Assembly (NCBI RefSeq): GCF_000372725.1
Contig: NW_005201792.1
Coordinates: forward strand, 1,119,440 to 1,183,439
Direction of reading: 5' to 3'
DNA length: 64,000 bases
Origin: Emiliania huxleyi CCMP1516
Taxonomy: Eukaryota
The notes under the pieces are model-generated. The model did no database searches and was not told the origin of the DNA. It was given only the letters and a program-made list of their open reading frames with translations. Numbering within the stretch: position 1 is the stretch's first letter; each line of letters starts with the position of its first letter. Made by a program: the position numbers and the translations under genes. Positions 59,250 through 64,000 of the stretch are shown in pieces.

Positions 59250-59934
59250 GACCACCCGCACTGCACGCCCTCACCGGCTCACACCGCACCCGCACTGCCC
59301 GCGCGGGGCTTGGAGAGGAGGAAGATGGCCGTCGTCTCCTCCACGTGCGCCCCGTGCTCTCCGATCGTGGCCAGCCGCCAGAGCGACTGCAGCAGCCGCA
59401 GCATCTTCGGCTCGCACAGCCGGCGCAGGTCCGCGTCGAGGCAGTGCGAGAGGATGGCGACGCCGGTCGGCGAGCGGGCGAGGCACTCGGTGCAGTCGAG
59501 ACGCGACTCGAGCATCTCGAGCTCGCAGCGGAGGCGGTGGAGCGAGGCGAGCCTCCGCAGCTCGTCCCACGCGCAGCTGTGCGTCTCCGACCCTTTGACG
59601 AGCCGCGCCTGCGAGGGGAAGGGCGTGGTGCAAAACAGGAGGGAGGAGGCAGCCACGGCCGCTGCAGCGGCGCAGCGGCGCCTGCTCCGCGGCGAGCTCC
59701 GCCACTCCGCGCGCCGCTGGGTGGACGAGCACGAGATGGCCTCCCGGCCGCGTGTGGCCAGCCAGCCGCCCGAAGGCCGCCTGCGGGTCGCTGAAGGCGC
59801 CTACAGCCCGCAGGCCTGTCCGGTGGGGGGCGAGAGGGGACGAGGGGCGCGCCTCTCTCTCACGGGAGGACCGACGACGTGCACGCCGACCACGAGGTCG
59901 AACTGCGTCAGCGACCGAAAGAGGGGAGGGCCAC

Positions 59935-59978
<44 letters not shown>

Positions 59979-60676
59979 CCCCCGTCCCCCCCCCCGCCGC
60001 TCTCGGCGCTGCTGGCGCCGCCGAGCGAGCCTCGCAGCGGACGCTCGTCGAACCGCTCTTCTAGGATGAGGGCGGATGTCTCCTCGGGGCCGCCCAGCGC
60101 GCCCGTCGATCGGGCGAGCTCGAGCCGCGCGCGAAAGAGCTCGGCCGCGGCGCCGTTCGGCTCCAGCGCCACATAGCGCAGCCGCGCAGCGCCGGGCCGC
60201 GCCCGAGTCAGCGCCGAGCGGAGGGCCAGCATCAGGCGCAGGTCAACCTCGCCGTCGCCGCAGCCCACTCCGAGCACGGAGAGCGGCGGCCGCGCGGCGG
60301 CCGCCGCGGCACCGCGCGCCGACGCCGCCAGAGCCACGTCGACCGCCGAGGCGGCGAGTCCTCCGAACGGCGACGCGGGCTCGGCGGCGGTGCTGCCGCC
60401 TGCACGCCCCGTGAGCCCCGCCAGCCTCTCCGCGTTCTTCTCGAACCACGAGATTACGAGCTGCGCGCTGCCCGACGCGGCCCGGCGGGCGGCGTGGCAC
60501 TCGGTGGCGTAGGTCCCGCGCAGCAGCGGTGCGAGCTCCAGGTCACCGCGCAGCCTCCGCCGCCTCGCGCGCCGCGACGCCCGCCTCACCCGCGACCTCG
60601 CCTTGGCCGTGCGGCCGGTGATGACAATCAGGCCGCCGATCCCGAGCGTCAGCAGGGCCGCAGCCAGGCGCAGCAT
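59250..60676 (-). CDS. Class I SAM-dependent methyltransferase-like protein (3' end uncertain)
   Basis: N-terminal hydrophobic anchor, SVLGVGCGDGEVD, YVALEPN, FDLVVGVH (histamine N-methyltransferase-like pattern). Confidence 0.6.
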
Positions 60677-60764
60677 TTGTTGCGCGGCCAGGCCAGCCAA
60701 CAGTCGCCCAAGCGCACCCAGAGTAAAGGGAAAAACAAATTTATCTTTGGGGCAGTCATTTCCC

Positions 60765-60807
60765 ATCCCTCCCTTGGGGGTTGTCTGTTTTCTTTCTTTC
60801 TTTCTTT
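60765..60807 (+). mobile_element. 43-bp 3'-end copy of family A retroelement
   Basis: TSD TCATTTCCC at 60756-60764 and 60808-60816, with (CTTT)n tail. Confidence 0.8.
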
Positions 60808-60913
60808 TCATTTCCCTGCGCGCGGGCTGGCCAGTCTACTTGTAGCCCGGCGGACAATCTCGGTGTCCTCGCGGATTGCCGCCGTAATTTGCTCGTCCGA
60901 CACTATTGCAAGG

Positions 60914-61846
60914 ATGTCCGTCTCGCTCAACAACCTCGCCCGCCTGGCTCGCATCGCCGGCGTTAGCACGCCCGAGACACAATGCGACTCGCCAGTCGTC
61001 GTATCTGCGCCGTCAGCCGACTCTCCGCTCTACACGAATCTCATTGATCTGGGACTCGAGGCGCTTCTTGTCGACGCCAACCTCCAAGCGCACGGCGAGG
61101 TGACCACCGACCTGCTGGCGGACGAGCAAATTGACCTCCCCGAGCTGAGCGTCGATGACCTGCAGCTTTGGCCTGCCGTCGAGGCCATCCTCGCGTCGGA
61201 GCACCGCCGCGCCAACTCGAAGCCGGCGTTCACTGCCGCGGTGGAAGCCGCCAGCAGCTCCCAGGCCTCCTCGCCTTCGGGAATCTCGCCTTCGGGCAGG
61301 AAGGGCCGTGAGCTGCAGCAGTGGAGGCCCGCCGAAGATCAACTCATCATGGAGGGCGTCGCACGGCACGGCACCCGCTGGGCTGCGGTAGCAAAGGACA
61401 TGCCCGGCCGCTCGGAGAATGCGATCCGAAACCGCTACCACCGGCTCAAGGGAGCGGAGAGGGCGCGCCAGGCGGCGCAGAGCGCTGGCGTCACCGTCGG
61501 CGGCTACCGCTGCCGCAAGTGCGGTGTGTTCAAAAGGGGGCATGTCTGCCTCGAAACTCCGAGCAGCCCGGGCGGAGGCTCGCCGAGGAAGCGGCTTTCT
61601 GGGGACATCTCGGCCGACGCGCCGCAAGTCAAGGTGGTCCGCATCTCCCACGGAGGCGAGTCGACCCTCGAGTGGGCGAGTCCGCGGCGACGCGCCCTGC
61701 CAGTGGGCTCGCTGGCGGCGCCCGCTCTGGAGGTGCCCCGCCGCTCATCCTTCGAGTCGCGGTCCTCGTCGCCGCTGTCCATCGCATCGATGTGGCCTAA
61801 CGCGGCGGAGAGAAGTGGAGGCCCCGCGTGTCCGTTGGCCTGTTGA
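60914..61846 (+). CDS. Single-repeat Myb/SANT protein with a CCHC-like motif
   Basis: WRPAEDQLIMEGVARHGTRWAAVAKDMPGRSENAIRNRY, then YRCRKCGVFKRGHVC. Confidence 0.85.
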   Translation: MSVSLNNLARLARIAGVSTPETQCDSPVVVSAPSADSPLYTNLIDLGLEALLVDANLQAHGEVTTDLLADEQIDLPELSVDDLQLWPAVEAILASEHRRANSKPAFTAAVEAASSSQASSPSGISPSGRKGRELQQWRPAEDQLIMEGVARHGTRWAAVAKDMPGRSENAIRNRYHRLKGAERARQAAQSAGVTVGGYRCRKCGVFKRGHVCLETPSSPGGGSPRKRLSGDISADAPQVKVVRISHGGESTLEWASPRRRALPVGSLAAPALEVPRRSSFESRSSSPLSIASMWPNAAERSGGPACPLAC

Positions 61847-62136
61847 ATGCATACTGTGAAGGCTGAAGCAATACTCACTGTCAGCGGCGCGCGCACCGCG
61901 CTTCTCAGTACGTGCTGTGCTGCTGGGATCACCTGTCCCTAGATTATCTCGTTTTTGAGTTCAGTTTGTCACATATGTTGGGTCTTGGGACGGAGAAACT
62001 AACACGTGCCCAAGCCACGGCCCCTCAGTGCTTCTCTCTGCTCTGAGAGGCTCTATCGGGTCGAGTCTCTGCTCTGAGAGGCTATCGGGTCTCGGCTCGC
62101 GCCCGCGCGACGATCCTCCTGGCACTAGCCAGACGC

Positions 62137-64000
62137 CTAGCCAGACGCAGCTGCAGCGGCAATGGCTGCCGCAGCAGGGGACAGCATCGGGCGCAGCGCA
62201 GCGTCCCACTCCGCCCAAGCCGTGCCGGATCCCGGGTCGAGCACCCAGTCGCGCCCAGGGACCCTCATCACGAACGAGAAGTCCTTCTTGTCGCGAGGCT
62301 TGCTCCGCTCCATCTCCACCGCCGCGTCGACCCGGATCTGGCCGCGGCGCGACGCGTCGCTTGGCGTGGCGCTGTCAAAGTAGTGCAGCTCCTTGTTCGA
62401 GTAGAGCACGAAGAAGCGCTGCTTGAGCTTGCCGCCCAGCAGGCTGCTCCCTTGGCCGCGCTTCCGCATCCATCCCGAGAACACCTCCTCAAGCTCCGCC
62501 TCGGTCTCGCCGAGCTTCGCGGGCGCGTCGGAGATGCGGCCAGACGCGACAGACAACACCGATCGCGGGCTGCCTTCCACGTCGCCTCCGAGCGCAGTCA
62601 CCCACTCGCCCGCCTCGGTGGCCGAGGGCGCGGCCAGCACGTAGCTCCGCTTCTTTGGTACCGTCACCTCGAAGCTGTGTGGCCGATCTGCGTCGAGCGC
62701 CGACCCCATCGAGACCTCGACCGATCCGTCGATGGGCACGTGCCCCGCATTCTGCATTGCGTCGAAGGCGCTCTTGCTCCTATAGTAGCGCAGCACCTTT
62801 GGGAGCTGGCGCTCCGAGTCGGCGGCGAACAGGACAAAGTAGCGATTCTTCCACGCAGTGTTCACCTCGCCGCGCTTCGCCAGCCAGCCGCTCTTGAGCA
62901 CACCGTCGCGCGGCAGCCCGACCGTGACCCAGTCGGAGGCCGGCTCAGTGCGTCCGCTCTCCGCGTCGACCTCGTGCGTGCGCGCACCCACCATCGAAGC
63001 GGAGCGCCGGCGCGTGGCGTAGCCTCGCGTCTGCGGGGCCTCGCCGTCCGACGCGCCCAGGTGGGGATGCAAGTCAGCCATCCACTGCCGCATCGTCTGT
63101 GCGTCGTCGGGGCAAAAAAGCCACGTGCGCTTGGGCGAGAGCACCTCGAAGGCGTGCTCGTAGTTGTAGTCGGCGTTGGCCGCCGCACGGCACGCGGTCG
63201 CGTCGCGCAGGTCGATCACACCCTTCGGCTTTGCGGCGGTGTCCGAGTCGTAGTAGAGGAGCTCGTGCGTCGAGAGGAGGACAAAGAAGCGCTGCTTCCA
63301 GCTGCCGCCCACGGCGCCCTTCTTCTCCATCCAGCCGCTGCGCAGCTCGGAGACGGGCCGCTCGGGCGCAACGCTGGCGAGGAGGTCCGTCCACCGAGCG
63401 AGCAGCGCGTCGTCCGCCGCCAGCGTCCAGCGACGCTCAGGCAGCACAATGTCGAGCCGGCGCAAGCCGGGCGAGCCGAGCAGCCACACGCCGATGCTGC
63501 GTCCAACGTCGGCAAAGCCCTCGCCGATGCGCCCCGGCTGGCTACCGGCGCTCCACTGGAGGATGCCGTCAGAGCGGAGCACAAACAGGGCCGTCACCCA
63601 CCCCTTCTGGCCGCCGAAGCCGGAATCCTGCAACTGCAGCTCCGCCTCCGCGAGGGTCGTCACGTCAGGCGCGGCGGGCGGCGCGATCTGCTGGCTTCCC
63701 CCACTGTCGGCGCAGCCGACGGCGGGGCGCAGGTGGCCCAGCCACGCCTCTTGTGAGCTCGCCGACTCGGCGCGGAGCTGCCAAGCGCGAGACTCCGTGA
63801 CCACGGTGATCTCCCGCTTTTCGCCGCCTCGCACTTCGTTGGCGCCGTCGAGGTCGATGAGGCCGCCCGAGGCGAGGTCCACGGCCTGCTCCTCGCTCTT
63901 GAAGTAGCGCAGGACAAACTGGACGCGCACTGCGTCGCCGCGCTGCTCCTGCTTGCTGCACAGGACGAAGAACCTCCGCTTCCAGTCGGAGGTGAGGGAG
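62137..64000 (-). CDS. Tandem PH-domain protein (5' part outside the window)
   Basis: Repeated SGW(M/L).K.G....WK.R(F/Y)FVL....L.YY...W motifs, at least 4-5 PH domains. Confidence 0.9.
   Translation of the reverse strand, partial: SLTSDWKRRFFVLCSKQEQRGDAVRVQFVLRYFKSEEQAVDLASGGLIDLDGANEVRGGEKREITVVTESRAWQLRAESASSQEAWLGHLRPAVGCADSGGSQQIAPPAAPDVTTLAEAELQLQDSGFGGQKGWVTALFVLRSDGILQWSAGSQPGRIGEGFADVGRSIGVWLLGSPGLRRLDIVLPERRWTLAADDALLARWTDLLASVAPERPVSELRSGWMEKKGAVGGSWKQRFFVLLSTHELLYYDSDTAAKPKGVIDLRDATACRAAANADYNYEHAFEVLSPKRTWLFCPDDAQTMRQWMADLHPHLGASDGEAPQTRGYATRRRSASMVGARTHEVDAESGRTEPASDWVTVGLPRDGVLKSGWLAKRGEVNTAWKNRYFVLFAADSERQLPKVLRYYRSKSAFDAMQNAGHVPIDGSVEVSMGSALDADRPHSFEVTVPKKRSYVLAAPSATEAGEWVTALGGDVEGSPRSVLSVASGRISDAPAKLGETEAELEEVFSGWMRKRGQGSSLLGGKLKQRFFVLYSNKELHYFDSATPSDASRRGQIRVDAAVEMERSKPRDKKDFSFVMRVPGRDWVLDPGSGTAWAEWDAALRPMLSPAAAAIAAAAASG

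Overview
GC-rich, intron-containing eukaryotic nuclear DNA, very probably from the coccolithophore Emiliania (Gephyrocapsa) huxleyi. The species call is an inference from the GC-AG/GA-AG short introns, the 11-bp intronic repeats and a channel matching my recollection of NavEh/EukCatB. About 20 protein genes are supportable: RING-H2 ligase, HAD hydrolase, ankyrin protein, DEAD-box helicase, kringle/LNR membrane protein, DHHC-family acyltransferase, ThrRS, OB-fold methyltransferase, RPL29, GT92-like, MCM3, SGT1/HPAT-like with ShK domains, FANCE-like, PiT/PHO4 transporter, single-domain Nav channel, Myb and multi-PH proteins. They are interspersed with non-LTR retroelement debris (CRE-like RLE elements, two T-tailed LINE families with TSDs, a Penelope-like RT fragment) and microsatellites. 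The standout is an unannotated ~280-nt minus-strand ncRNA at 1-283 with the full architecture of a telomerase RNA: a 13-nt template for TTAGGG, a template-boundary hairpin, a U/A-rich H-type pseudoknot, enclosing P1 helices, a closing terminal stem, a TATA box about 25 nt upstream and the start of a T-run at the 3' end. Other notable signals are 66-74 nt introns that duplicate adjacent exon sequence, a filled/empty insertion-site pair for a CRE-like element inside a structured repeat, and an apparently 5'-truncated Nav channel. All structures and homologies were judged by eye, and intron and gene boundaries are approximate.
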